Below are positions 25,835-34,953 of a DNA stretch of 64,000 nucleotides, one piece after another. The translations under genes and the position numbers were made by a program. A model generated the notes under the pieces. That model was not told the origin of the DNA and made no database searches. It was given only the letters and a program-made list of their open reading frames with translations. How positions within the stretch are numbered: position 1 is the first letter of the stretch; every line of letters begins with the position of its first letter. Origin of the DNA: an uncultured Nitrospiraceae bacterium (lineage in GTDB: Bacteria > Nitrospirota > Thermodesulfovibrionia > Thermodesulfovibrionales > SM23-35); the NCBI GenBank assembly GCA_937138415.1, contig CAKZPA010000036.1, positions 42,042-106,041 on the forward strand, read 5' to 3'.

Positions 25835-27007
25835 GTGACGACGAAACGCGTCGCCATACTGGGTTCCACGGGATCGATCGGAAGGAGCGCGCTCGAGATC
25901 GTCGCGGCCCATCCCGACCGTTTTCGCGTATCGGTATTGACGGCCGGTACGAACGTAGCCCTCCTCGACAGGCAGATGGCGTTGTTCGCACCCGACGTGG
26001 TCGCCGTCGCGAACCGCGAAACCGAAAAGGAGCTGCGAAGGAAGATCGGGAGAAGACGATCGGCGGCGGTCGAGATCCTCTCGGGGGAAGAAGGCATCGC
26101 CCGTGCGGCCGCCTTCGAGGGAGCAGATTTCGTGCTCTCCGCGATCGTCGGCGCCGCCGGACTGATTCCCACGCTTTCCGCCGTGAGAGCGGGGAAAACG
26201 GTCGGCCTCGCGAACAAGGAATCTCTCGTCATGGCCGGACGAATCCTCATGAGCGAATCGAAGAGGCACCGGTCGAAAATCATCCCCGTGGACAGCGAGC
26301 ATAGCGCCATATTCCAGTGCATCGAAGGACACCGTAAGGGGTCGGTCCGCCGCGTCATCCTGACCGCCTCGGGCGGCCCGTTCGCCGAGAGGAGTCTGCG
26401 GGACATGGCGTCCGTCACTCCGGAAGAAGCCCTGCGGCACCCACGGTGGAAGATGGGGAAGAAGATAACGATCGATTCGGCGACGCTCATGAACAAGGGT
26501 TTCGAAGTGATCGAGGCCCACCACCTCTTCGGCCTGCCGCTCGAAAAAATCGACGTCCTGATTCACCCGCAGAGCATCATCCACTCGATCGTGGAATTCT
26601 CGGACAGGAGCTGCATCGCACACCTCTCGGTGCCCGACATGAAGGGCCCCATCGCGTACGCGCTCACCTACCCGGGGCGGATCGACGATGTGATCGAGGG
26701 CCTCGCGCTCCACGAGATCGGTACGCTCACGTTCAGAACTCCGGAGAAATCCCTTTTCCCCTGTCTGGCGTTCGCGTACGCCGCGCTCGAACGCGGCGGA
26801 ACCATGCCCGCCGTCCTCAACGCTGCAAACGAGGTCGCGGTGCACGCGTTCCTGAGAGGGTCGATACGGTTTACGGAAATTCCGCACATCATCGAGAGGA
26901 CGATGGAAGAGCATTCCGCGCTGCCGGATTCGGAGCTGCACGTCGTGCTCGACGCGGACCGGTGGGCGAGAAGACAGGCAGAAAAGATCATCAAAACGTT
27001 ATCATAA
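25835..27007 (+). CDS. dxr: 1-deoxy-D-xylulose 5-phosphate reductoisomerase
   Basis: ILGSTGSIG, LANKESLV, DSEHSAIFQC. Confidence 0.95.
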   Translation: MTTKRVAILGSTGSIGRSALEIVAAHPDRFRVSVLTAGTNVALLDRQMALFAPDVVAVANRETEKELRRKIGRRRSAAVEILSGEEGIARAAAFEGADFVLSAIVGAAGLIPTLSAVRAGKTVGLANKESLVMAGRILMSESKRHRSKIIPVDSEHSAIFQCIEGHRKGSVRRVILTASGGPFAERSLRDMASVTPEEALRHPRWKMGKKITIDSATLMNKGFEVIEAHHLFGLPLEKIDVLIHPQSIIHSIVEFSDRSCIAHLSVPDMKGPIAYALTYPGRIDDVIEGLALHEIGTLTFRTPEKSLFPCLAFAYAALERGGTMPAVLNAANEVAVHAFLRGSIRFTEIPHIIERTMEEHSALPDSELHVVLDADRWARRQAEKIIKTLS

Positions 27008-27060
27008 TGAGTGGTGTGTCACCGTATCTCATTCGCGCGTTGGGAGGCAGGTAGCCGTTT

Positions 27061-28131
27061 ATGTCTCTTCTGTCGGCAGTAATCCTACTCGGCATCATCA
27101 TTTTCATCCACGAGGTGGGACATTTCCTCGTCGCGAAGCGTATGGGCGTGAGGGTTTTGAAATTCTCCCTCGGCTTCGGTCCGAAAATCATCAGCACCCA
27201 GCGGGGGGACACGGAGTACCGGATATCCGCCATACCGCTCGGCGGCTACGTCAAAATGCTCGGTGAAAATCCCGGGGAAGAACTCGACCAATCGGAAAAA
27301 CCCTTTGCGTACACATCGCAACCCGTGTGGAAACGGTTCGCGATCGTCTTTTCCGGTCCTCTGTTCAACATTCTCTCGGCGGTCGTCATCTTCTTCTTCG
27401 TCTTCGTGACGGGTCTTCCCGCCCTCCTTCCCGAAGTGGGGAGCGTGCTCCCCGATACGCCCGCAGAGAAGGCCGGGCTCACGAAAGGCGACAGGATTGT
27501 AGCCATCGAGGGAACGCCCGTGAACCAGTGGGACGAGATGACCGAGATCATCCATAAGAACCCCGGCAAGACCATGACCTTCCATATACAGCGTGATTCG
27601 GCGAAGCTCGAGATCGCGATAACCCCGGAAAGGAAAAACGTCGCGAACCTCTTCGGGGAGATGAAAGAGGTCGGCCTGATCGGGATCAAGCCGTCCGGCA
27701 GCACGGTCGTCAAGAAAATGTCCGTCTTCCAGGCAGCGCGCGACAGCGTCGTGAAGACAGCCGAAATGTGCGTCCTCACGGTCGTCGCGATCGTCAAACT
27801 GATCCAGCGCGTGATCCCCATGGAGACGGTGGGCGGACCGATCATGATCGTCCAGATGGCCGGCGAGCAAGCATCGCGCGGCATCCTCAACTTCTTCCTC
27901 TTCATGGCGATCATCAATGTCAACCTCGGCGTGCTGAACCTCCTCCCCATACCGATACTGGACGGTGGCCACCTCTTGTTCCTCGGCATCGAGGCGCTGC
28001 GAAAGAAGCCGCTGAGCGAGAGGGTGATCGCCGTGAGCCAGCGAATAGGGCTCGCGTTCCTCCTCACCCTCATGGCGGTGGTGATGTATAACGACGTGAT
28101 GCGCCTGATAACCGGGAAGCCATTCCCGTAA
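27061..28131 (+). CDS. rseP: RIP metalloprotease RseP (site-2 protease)
   Basis: [10 protein letters not shown] (HExxH), a PDZ region, and [12 protein letters not shown]. Confidence 0.9.
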   Translation: MSLLSAVILLGIIIFIHEVGHFLVAKRMGVRVLKFSLGFGPKIISTQRGDTEYRISAIPLGGYVKMLGENPGEELDQSEKPFAYTSQPVWKRFAIVFSGPLFNILSAVVIFFFVFVTGLPALLPEVGSVLPDTPAEKAGLTKGDRIVAIEGTPVNQWDEMTEIIHKNPGKTMTFHIQRDSAKLEIAITPERKNVANLFGEMKEVGLIGIKPSGSTVVKKMSVFQAARDSVVKTAEMCVLTVVAIVKLIQRVIPMETVGGPIMIVQMAGEQASRGILNFFLFMAIINVNLGVLNLLPIPILDGGHLLFLGIEALRKKPLSERVIAVSQRIGLAFLLTLMAVVMYNDVMRLITGKPFP

Positions 28132-28150
28132 AGGCCGGGGCGCGTTCGGC

Positions 28151-28606
28151 ATGGGCAGGATAGCGGACAGGCGCACGCTCCCCGAAATCGCCCGCGCGCT
28201 TCGGGCCGATGGCAAAAAGATCGTCTTCACGAACGGCTGTTTCGACCTCATCCACGTCGGACATGTCCGCTATCTGAAGCAGGCGAAAGCCCTCGGCGAT
28301 GTGCTCGTCGTCGGGCTCAATTCCGATGCCTCCGTCGCGCGCATCAAACCGAACAGGCCGATCACTCCCCAGGACCAGCGCGCCGAGATCCTCGCAGCGC
28401 TCGACATGGTCGACTACGTCGTCCTCTTCGACGAGGACACACCGTACGCGCTGATCTCCGAACTCCGTCCCGACGTGCTCGTGAAGGGCGGAGACTGGAA
28501 AAAAGAAGAGATCGTCGGTTCCGACATCGTTCCCGAAACCCACGCGCTCCCGTACGTCGAGGGCATTTCCACCACGCGCATCATCGAGAAGATAAAAGAT
28601 GTCTGA
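28151..28606 (+). CDS. D-glycero-beta-D-manno-heptose 1-phosphate adenylyltransferase (RfaE domain II type cytidylyltransferase)
   Basis: [20 protein letters not shown] (HxGH nucleotidyltransferase motif), 151 aa. Confidence 0.8.
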   Translation: MGRIADRRTLPEIARALRADGKKIVFTNGCFDLIHVGHVRYLKQAKALGDVLVVGLNSDASVARIKPNRPITPQDQRAEILAALDMVDYVVLFDEDTPYALISELRPDVLVKGGDWKKEEIVGSDIVPETHALPYVEGISTTRIIEKIKDV

Positions 28607-28612
28607 CGCCGG

Positions 28613-29359
28613 ATGCCGTTTCTGAGGGTACTGACGAAAGCGGGTCTCCTCGTTCTTGTCACGGTGTCGCTCGCGCCGCTCTATCTCCTCGTTCTCCTCG
28701 CCGCCTTCCCCCTGAGGAGACGGATAGGACCGCCCATGCTGCGATTCTACTCCTCCCTATGCCTCACGATCTTGCGCGTTCATGTCGAAAAGCCCATGGA
28801 GGGAAGAGCCTTGCGTGGAAACAGGGGAGGCGTCCTCATCGTGGCCAACCACGTGAGCGTTCTCGATATTTTCGTTCTCTCGTCGTCCTTCGGGACCGTC
28901 TTCGTGAGCAAAGCGGAAGTGCGGCGGTATCCCGTGATCGGACAGATCGCGTCCCTCATGGGGACGGTCTTTCTGCGGAGGGACTCGCACCGGGAACGCT
29001 TCGCGCTCATAAAAACGATCGCCGGTACCTGCACCGGCCGGCGCATCGCGGTCTTCCCGCAGGGCACGACCAGCCGCAGCGCGGAACGGCTGCCGTTCTA
29101 CAGAGGGCTGTTCAAGGTGATCGAGTTGAATCCCGAACTCACCATCCTCCCCGTCTCGCTCCGCTACCGGGAAGAGCCGGACGTCGTGTGGGAGAAACCT
29201 CAGTCGATGGCGGACAATTTCCTCAAGGTCTGCTCCCGGAAAAACGTGCAGGTGTCGGTCATCGTGCATCCCGCCGTCCGCATCGACGATTACCGGGGAA
29301 AGAGCCCCGCTGAGGTCTGCAGGATGGTCGAAGAGATCGTCTTCTCGCCCCTGCACTGA
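28613..29359 (+). CDS. Lysophospholipid (1-acyl-sn-glycerol-3-phosphate) acyltransferase family protein
   Basis: N-terminal TM, the NHVSVLD (HxxxxD) acyltransferase motif, and FPQGTTS. Confidence 0.75.
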   Translation: MPFLRVLTKAGLLVLVTVSLAPLYLLVLLAAFPLRRRIGPPMLRFYSSLCLTILRVHVEKPMEGRALRGNRGGVLIVANHVSVLDIFVLSSSFGTVFVSKAEVRRYPVIGQIASLMGTVFLRRDSHRERFALIKTIAGTCTGRRIAVFPQGTTSRSAERLPFYRGLFKVIELNPELTILPVSLRYREEPDVVWEKPQSMADNFLKVCSRKNVQVSVIVHPAVRIDDYRGKSPAEVCRMVEEIVFSPLH

Positions 29360-29378
29360 CCCGGGCGAAGGCAGACTT

Positions 29379-29457
29379 CCCCGTTCAATGCATGAATCCA
29401 CGGGGATAGTGATGGGACAGAGTGTTCGAACGGCTTTATTATGCCGATATTCGAACG
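29379..29457. repeat. Bipartite palindromic intergenic element, copy 2 (best preserved)
   Basis: Module A is CCCCG-TTCAATGCATGAATCCA-CGGGG. Module B is GGGACAGAGTGTTCGAACGGCTTTATTATGCCGATATTCGAAC (GTTCGAA/TTCGAAC arms). It lies between convergent gene ends at 29359 and 29481. Confidence 0.55.
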
Positions 29458-29480
29458 ACGGGCGCGGTGGCAATCGTCGG

Positions 29481-29813
29481 TCACGTGCCCCCGAAATAAT
29501 CGCCGAGGAGCCCCCTGCTGTGCTCGTCATCGTGGCAGTAAATACAGAGGTTCTCCCAGTTCGACCCGTCGGGAGGGTTGTTCAGGCGATTCCCGTCCTT
29601 ATGGTGGACCGTGAGCAGGCGGCGATCCTTCGGTTCGAACTCCCGCCCGCACTTGGCGCAGATCAGCCCGTGGATTCTGAGTGACTGCTCGCGATAATCA
29701 TCCGGGCGGAGAACCTGCTCCCGCAACTCCCTGATAATCTCCTCGAGGGGCTTATCCGGCACGGGCTTTTGCGACGACCTTTTCCTGAATTTGATGCGAT
29801 GTTTGCTCCCCAT
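29481..29813 (-). CDS. Small HNH endonuclease (YajD-like)
   Basis: CAKCG...LTVHHKDGNRLNN...NLCIYCHDDEH is an HNH/zinc-finger signature; 110 aa. Confidence 0.8.
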   Translation of the reverse strand: MGSKHRIKFRKRSSQKPVPDKPLEEIIRELREQVLRPDDYREQSLRIHGLICAKCGREFEPKDRRLLTVHHKDGNRLNNPPDGSNWENLCIYCHDDEHSRGLLGDYFGGT

Positions 29814-29867
29814 TCTCCTCTCTCACTGAGTCACGTCATTGTCCCGGCAACGTCCGGTCTTCCCCGG

Positions 29868-30164
29868 TCAGGAGAGTCTCGCTCCGCAATGACCGCACAC
29901 CCGCCGGATGATGTTGCCGCCGAGATACTTGCCGCAGGAGGGGCAACGCCAGTTCCGCGCGCTGAACGCGACAAAAGCGCCGATGACGCCGACCTGCGCG
30001 AGGATCACCAGGTTCTTCGATACTATTCCGAACAGGTCGGGCCGCGAGTAGAGGAGCGTGAGCAGGAGGAGGAGCAAGAGCGTCAGCCCTATCGCGAAAA
30101 ACTGCCGGTTCTGGCGGATCTTGAAGTCGCGCACGACCCGCCCGACGTCTTTCCGTTTCCCCAT
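29868..30164 (-). CDS. Membrane protein with a C-terminal zinc ribbon (hypothetical)
   Basis: ATG at 30164 is 6 nt after the LOG-family stop. Two TM helices (FFAIGLTLLLLLLLTLLY, VILAQVGVIGAFVAF), then CPSCG...CGHCG. Confidence 0.5.
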   Translation of the reverse strand: MGKRKDVGRVVRDFKIRQNRQFFAIGLTLLLLLLLTLLYSRPDLFGIVSKNLVILAQVGVIGAFVAFSARNWRCPSCGKYLGGNIIRRVCGHCGARLS

Positions 30165-30169
30165 ATCAG

Positions 30170-30892
30170 TCAAAACGTGCCGCGGGAAAGCCCGCGGATG
30201 ATCCTGATCGCGTCCTCCACGGTATTCGCGCCGTGGATCAAATCCAGATCCTCGCCGCTGATGGTGCCTTCAGCGAGCAACGTGTCGTGGAGAAAACGGC
30301 GGAGATGATCCCAGAAATCCCTCACCATTCCGACGACCGGAAAACGTTCGAGCTTCCCGGTCTGCGCGAGCGTAATAACCTCGAATGCCTCATCGAGCGT
30401 GCCGAACCCACCGGGCATGACGACAAATGCGCACGAGTATTTCACGAGCATGACCTTCCGCACGAAAAAATGCTCGAATTCGATGAACTTGTCCAGATAG
30501 GGATTCGGTTTCTGCTCGAAGGGAAGTTTGATATTGCAGCCGAGGCTTAGCCCGCCCGCCTCCTTCGCTCCCCTGTTCGCCGCTTCCATGATGCCGGGGC
30601 CTCCGCCCGTCATGACCGCGTACCCCGCCTGGACGAGCGCCCTCCCAAGCTCGCGGGCGAGTTCGTAGTACCGGTGCCTCTCGGGAAACCGCGCCGAGCC
30701 GAATACGGTCACGCAGGGACCTTCGAACTCGAAACTCTCGAACCCGTGGAGGAACTCGAGGAAAAACCGCACCGCGCTCTCGAGGTCCTCGCCTCGCTTC
30801 CTCCGCCCGGAAAGAAACAGTTTCTCCGCACCGACGACCTGGCTGAGAAGCGACGTGGACTGCACGATCTCTGACAATCCCTTCGTATTCAT
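30170..30892 (-). CDS. LOG family (TIGR00730-type) nucleotide phosphoribohydrolase
   Basis: GGGPGIMEAANRGA and VVMPGGFGTLDE motifs. Its ATG overlaps the glgP stop (ATGA). Confidence 0.85.
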   Translation of the reverse strand: MNTKGLSEIVQSTSLLSQVVGAEKLFLSGRRKRGEDLESAVRFFLEFLHGFESFEFEGPCVTVFGSARFPERHRYYELARELGRALVQAGYAVMTGGGPGIMEAANRGAKEAGGLSLGCNIKLPFEQKPNPYLDKFIEFEHFFVRKVMLVKYSCAFVVMPGGFGTLDEAFEVITLAQTGKLERFPVVGMVRDFWDHLRRFLHDTLLAEGTISGEDLDLIHGANTVEDAIRIIRGLSRGTF

Positions 30893-33405
30893 GAACGCTC
30901 CTTGCCCTCTGCAGGGCGGCCTTTTTTCGATGGCACAGCGTGCCAGATCTTCTCGCTGTATTCACGCGCCGCGTGGTCGGATGAGAACGCTCCCATTCCC
31001 GCGACCGTGCGTATAGACAGCTTCGTCCACTTCTTCTTATCGTTCCAGAGCGCGCTCACCTTCTCCTGGCACTCGCGATACGCCTCGTAATCCGCGAGAA
31101 CCATGTGCTCGTCGCGATTGAGGAGCGAGTCGACGAGCGGCTTGAAGAGGGTCACATCCTCCCTCGAGAAGAAGCCGCTCCGTATGAGGTCGATGGCTTT
31201 CCGGATCTCGCCGTTCGCCCGATAGATGTCCATGGGCGCATAGCCCTCCGCTTTCCGCGACGCGACTTCTTCAGCGGAGAGCCCGAAGAGAAACGCGTCG
31301 CCCTCTCCCACTTTCCTCGCGATATCGAGGATGGGACCGTTCCGCGATCCGATCGTCAACGCTCCGTTCATGGACAGCTTCATCGCCCCGAGCCCAGCCA
31401 CGTCTTTCCCCGCCGTGGCGATCTGTTCCGAGAGGTCCGCGACCGGGCAGAGCTTCCGAAACTGTTTCACGTTCAGGTCCGGGTAAAAAACGACCGTCAA
31501 ACGGCCGGCGACCGTGGCGTCGCTGTTGATCACGTGAGCGACGGCGTGGATCAACTTCACGATGAGGTGCGCCATGAAATAGCCGGGAGACGCTTTTCCG
31601 GCGAACAGGTACGTTCGCGGCACGACCTCTTCCCGTGGATTCTCTCTGATCCGTTCATAGAGCGCGATCACGCGGAGCAGATTGAGGAGCTGCCGGTTCG
31701 ATTCGTGGATGCGTTTTATCTGGACATCGAAGAGCGTATCCGGATCGATCTTGACCCTCGTCTTTTCGGCGACCGTCGCCGCGAGCCGGCACTTGCACTC
31801 GCGCCTCAATGCCCGCCACTTCTCCATGAGATGCGGGTCCGACGCGTACGCCGCGAGGTGCTCCAGCTCCTGCGGGTTGCGCATCCATTCATCCCCGATC
31901 ACGCTCGAGATCAAGCGTGCGAGTTCCGGGTTGCTCACCGCGATCCAACGCCTCGGCGACACGCCGCCCGCTACGCGGAAAAACCGCTCCGGGTAGAGCG
32001 CGTGGAAATTGCCGAACAACGAGGATGCGAGCAGTCGGCCATGCGCTTCCGACACCGCGCTGACGGCGTGGCTCCCGAGAATGCCGAGGTGCGTCATGCG
32101 GACGTATTTCTGGTCGCTCTCGTCGATGAGAGACAACTGCGAAGCCCTCTCTCCGTCGCTCGGAGAGGTGAGCCAGATTTCGTCGAGAAACCTCCGGTTG
32201 ATTTCATAGACGATCTCGAGATGTCTCGGGAGGATGTTCGCGAAGAGCGGGACCGGCCACTTCTCGAGGGTCTCGGGCAGCGTCGCGTAACTCGTACACG
32301 AAAAAGCGTTCTGCGTAATGTACCACGCCTTGTCCCAGCTCACGAGGTGCTCGTCCACGAGCAGCCGCATCAGTTCCGCCACCGCGATCACCGGCGGCGT
32401 GTCGTTGAGATGAATGGCGAAGGACCCGGCGAAATCGTGTATCGGCTTCCACCGGAGAAGGTGGAGTCGTATCATGTCCTGGAGCGCGCACGAGACGAAA
32501 AAGTACTGTTGAGCGAGCCGAAGCTGCTTGCCCGCGTACGGTTCATCGTCCGGATAGAGAATCTTGCTGATCGACTCGGACGCGATCTTTTCGTTCAGCG
32601 CGCTGAAATAATCGCCGGAACGAAAACTCTCGTAGTCGAAGGAGTCGATCACCTCCGCCCGCCACAGGCGAAGCAGGTTCGTCACGGACGAGCGATACCC
32701 CGGGATCGGCATGTCGTACGCGGTGCCTCTCACGGCGAACTTGGGAATCCACCGGACGCGGAAGCAGTCGCGTTCATCGTAATACGACTGGGTCGTGCCG
32801 CCGAGTTGTATCGTATACGCGATCTCCGGACGGCGGATCTCCCACGGATTGCCGGGCGCCGTCCACCGATCGGTCATTTCGACCTGCCAGCCGTCTCTGA
32901 CCTCCTGCCGGAACGGCCCGAACTCGTACCGCAGCCCGTAGCCGATCGCGGGGATCTCGAGTGTGGCGAGGGAATCCATCAGAGAAGAAGCAACCTCTCC
33001 TTTCGCACCGAACCCGAGCCCGGGCTCTTCCTCCCACTCGAGAAGATCGGAAAGTCGGAGACCCAGTTCCTCAAGGCCGAGCGCAACCTCCTCGTAGATC
33101 CCGAGATTGACGAGGGTGTGCGCGAGCTGAGGCCCGTTCAGATACTCGGCGGAGAGGTACCCGACAATTGTCGCCTCTTCCGTATATTTCCGGATCGAAT
33201 CGATCCACTGCTGCGCCAGCCTGTCGCGCACCGTGAGCGCGAGTGCGTGATACCAGTCGTTCGGCGTCGCATTCCCGGGCACCTTCGCGAGGGAAAACCG
33301 GAGCGTGTGGAGTATTGCCTGTTTGAACGACCCTGATACGGCCCTGCCGGCGCTGTCGGGCCGTTCTCCCGACGTCCGAAACGTGACCCTATCCTCTTCC
33401 GGCAC
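30889..33405 (-). CDS. glgP: Glycogen / alpha-glucan phosphorylase (GT35)
   Basis: 838 aa with family-wide similarity recognisable throughout, e.g. VGYLSAEYLNGPQL, YPDD...GKQLRLAQQYFFVS and MKLSMNGALTIGSRNG (PLP-Lys region). Confidence 0.9.
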   Translation of the reverse strand: MPEEDRVTFRTSGERPDSAGRAVSGSFKQAILHTLRFSLAKVPGNATPNDWYHALALTVRDRLAQQWIDSIRKYTEEATIVGYLSAEYLNGPQLAHTLVNLGIYEEVALGLEELGLRLSDLLEWEEEPGLGFGAKGEVASSLMDSLATLEIPAIGYGLRYEFGPFRQEVRDGWQVEMTDRWTAPGNPWEIRRPEIAYTIQLGGTTQSYYDERDCFRVRWIPKFAVRGTAYDMPIPGYRSSVTNLLRLWRAEVIDSFDYESFRSGDYFSALNEKIASESISKILYPDDEPYAGKQLRLAQQYFFVSCALQDMIRLHLLRWKPIHDFAGSFAIHLNDTPPVIAVAELMRLLVDEHLVSWDKAWYITQNAFSCTSYATLPETLEKWPVPLFANILPRHLEIVYEINRRFLDEIWLTSPSDGERASQLSLIDESDQKYVRMTHLGILGSHAVSAVSEAHGRLLASSLFGNFHALYPERFFRVAGGVSPRRWIAVSNPELARLISSVIGDEWMRNPQELEHLAAYASDPHLMEKWRALRRECKCRLAATVAEKTRVKIDPDTLFDVQIKRIHESNRQLLNLLRVIALYERIRENPREEVVPRTYLFAGKASPGYFMAHLIVKLIHAVAHVINSDATVAGRLTVVFYPDLNVKQFRKLCPVADLSEQIATAGKDVAGLGAMKLSMNGALTIGSRNGPILDIARKVGEGDAFLFGLSAEEVASRKAEGYAPMDIYRANGEIRKAIDLIRSGFFSREDVTLFKPLVDSLLNRDEHMVLADYEAYRECQEKVSALWNDKKKWTKLSIRTVAGMGAFSSDHAAREYSEKIWHAVPSKKGRPAEGKERS

Positions 33406-33504
33406 CGATCTCCTCGCGTAGACGATCGACCTTTCCGCACGTGTCGCTCATGCGGCACACAGCGCGCCTCGACGCCGGTGGAACCGGGCATCTCGGGGCA
33501 CGGG

Positions 33505-34788
33505 TCACCGCGCGCGTCCTTCCCTCACGCGAACCGCGTAACCGTGCGCTTCGAGTCCCTCCGCGTCCGCGATCGTTTTCACCGTGTCGGCGAGGGCGAG
33601 AAACCCCTTCTTCGAAAACCGCACGACGCTCGACCGTTTGACGAAGTCGTACACCCCCAAAGGAGACGAGAAGCGGGCCGTGCCGCCCGTAGGGAGCGTG
33701 TGGTTCGGTCCGGCCGCGTAGTCTCCGAGCGCTTCCGGCGTCCACCGGCCGAGAAAAATGGCGCCCGCATTCCGTATCTGCGGCAGGAGCCGTGACGGCC
33801 TCCGCGTCATGATCTCGAGGTGCTCGGGAGCGATCCTGTTGGCGATCGCCACGGACTCTTCCACGCCGGCCGTGACGAAGATTCCGCCGTACGCCTCGAG
33901 GGACCGCCGCGCGATCGATTCCCGCCCCAACCTGGACAGCCCCGCGTCGATCTCTCTCCGGACCGCATTCGCAAGCGCTGAGGAATCCGTGACCAGCACG
34001 GAAGAAGCGAGTTCGTCGTGTTCCGCCTGAGCGAGGAGGTCTGCGGCGACAAAGGCCGGGTTCGCCGAGCTATCGGCGATGACGAGAATTTCGCTCGGCC
34101 CCGCGATCATGTCGATATCCACGGAACCGAACACCATCTTTTTCGCGGTCGCGACGTAAATGTTGCCCGGTCCGACGATCTTGTCGACGTGTCCGATCGA
34201 TTCCGTGCCGTAGGCGAGCGCTCCGATCGCCTGGACGCCGCCGATTCGGTACACCTCGGCGATATCGAGCAGCCGGATCGCGGCCATCACGGCGGGGTTC
34301 ATTTGCCCTCCGGGCATCGGGACGCAGAGGGCGATTTCCTTCACGCCCGCGACGAGCGCGGGAATCGCATTCATCAGAACGGTCGACGGATAGGACGCCT
34401 TTCCTCCTGGCACGTACACACCCACCCGATTGAGCGGGCGGATGATCTGGCCGAGCGCGGAACCCTGCGAAGAGACCGTCCATGACCTTTCGCGCTGGCG
34501 CTCGTGGAATGCCCTGATGCGCCTCGCCGCGACCGCGAGCGCCCTGATGACCTTTCTGCCCGCTTTGTCCGCGGAAGACGAGATCTCGCGGCGCGACACC
34601 GCGAGCCGATTCGTTTTTTCCCAGTCGAATTTCTTCGTGTACCGGAGAACTGCCCGATCGCCCTCTCTTCTTACCTCATCGAGAATCTTCCGGACCGTCG
34701 ACTCGATCTCCCGGCCCGGACCGGCGGCGCGGGCAGCGAGAATGCCGAGAAATCTTTCCTGTTCTCTCCGCGTTTTGAGCAGCCTCAT
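33505..34788 (-). CDS. hisD: Histidinol dehydrogenase
   Basis: 427 aa with YVPGGKASYPSTVLMNAIPA, AQAEHD and APEHLEI motifs. Confidence 0.95.
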   Translation of the reverse strand: MRLLKTRREQERFLGILAARAAGPGREIESTVRKILDEVRREGDRAVLRYTKKFDWEKTNRLAVSRREISSSADKAGRKVIRALAVAARRIRAFHERQRERSWTVSSQGSALGQIIRPLNRVGVYVPGGKASYPSTVLMNAIPALVAGVKEIALCVPMPGGQMNPAVMAAIRLLDIAEVYRIGGVQAIGALAYGTESIGHVDKIVGPGNIYVATAKKMVFGSVDIDMIAGPSEILVIADSSANPAFVAADLLAQAEHDELASSVLVTDSSALANAVRREIDAGLSRLGRESIARRSLEAYGGIFVTAGVEESVAIANRIAPEHLEIMTRRPSRLLPQIRNAGAIFLGRWTPEALGDYAAGPNHTLPTGGTARFSSPLGVYDFVKRSSVVRFSKKGFLALADTVKTIADAEGLEAHGYAVRVREGRAR

Positions 34789-34862
34789 ACGAAAATAATT
34801 CTACTCGCTGGTGTGCGATTATTCAAGAAATCTTTCCGAGAGGAATCGATACCGTTACACTC

Positions 34863-34900
34863 CCCCGTTCAATTCATGCATTCACGGGGATAACGATACG
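34863..34900. repeat. Bipartite intergenic element, copy 3 (module A only)
   Basis: CCCCGTTCAATTCATGCATTCACGGGGATAACGAT matches copy 2 at 30 of the first 33 positions. The downstream sequence no longer matches module B. Confidence 0.4.
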
Positions 34901-34953
34901 ATCACTGCCGTCCAACATGTTTCAGCATATGGCTGGATGCCGAAGAAACACCT

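Noticed and set aside
29379-29457. Repeat copies as integron attC sites (imperfect palindromes at the 3' ends of genes).
   Set aside because: No RYYYAAC / GTTRRRY core sites at the element ends, no integrase gene, and the flanking genes are housekeeping rather than cassettes.
29481-29813. HNH endonuclease as a marker of a mobile element, homing intron or defence island.
   Set aside because: It is the short stand-alone YajD-like type, with no intron, IS, integrase or restriction-modification partner nearby. The surrounding genes are lipid and carbohydrate housekeeping.
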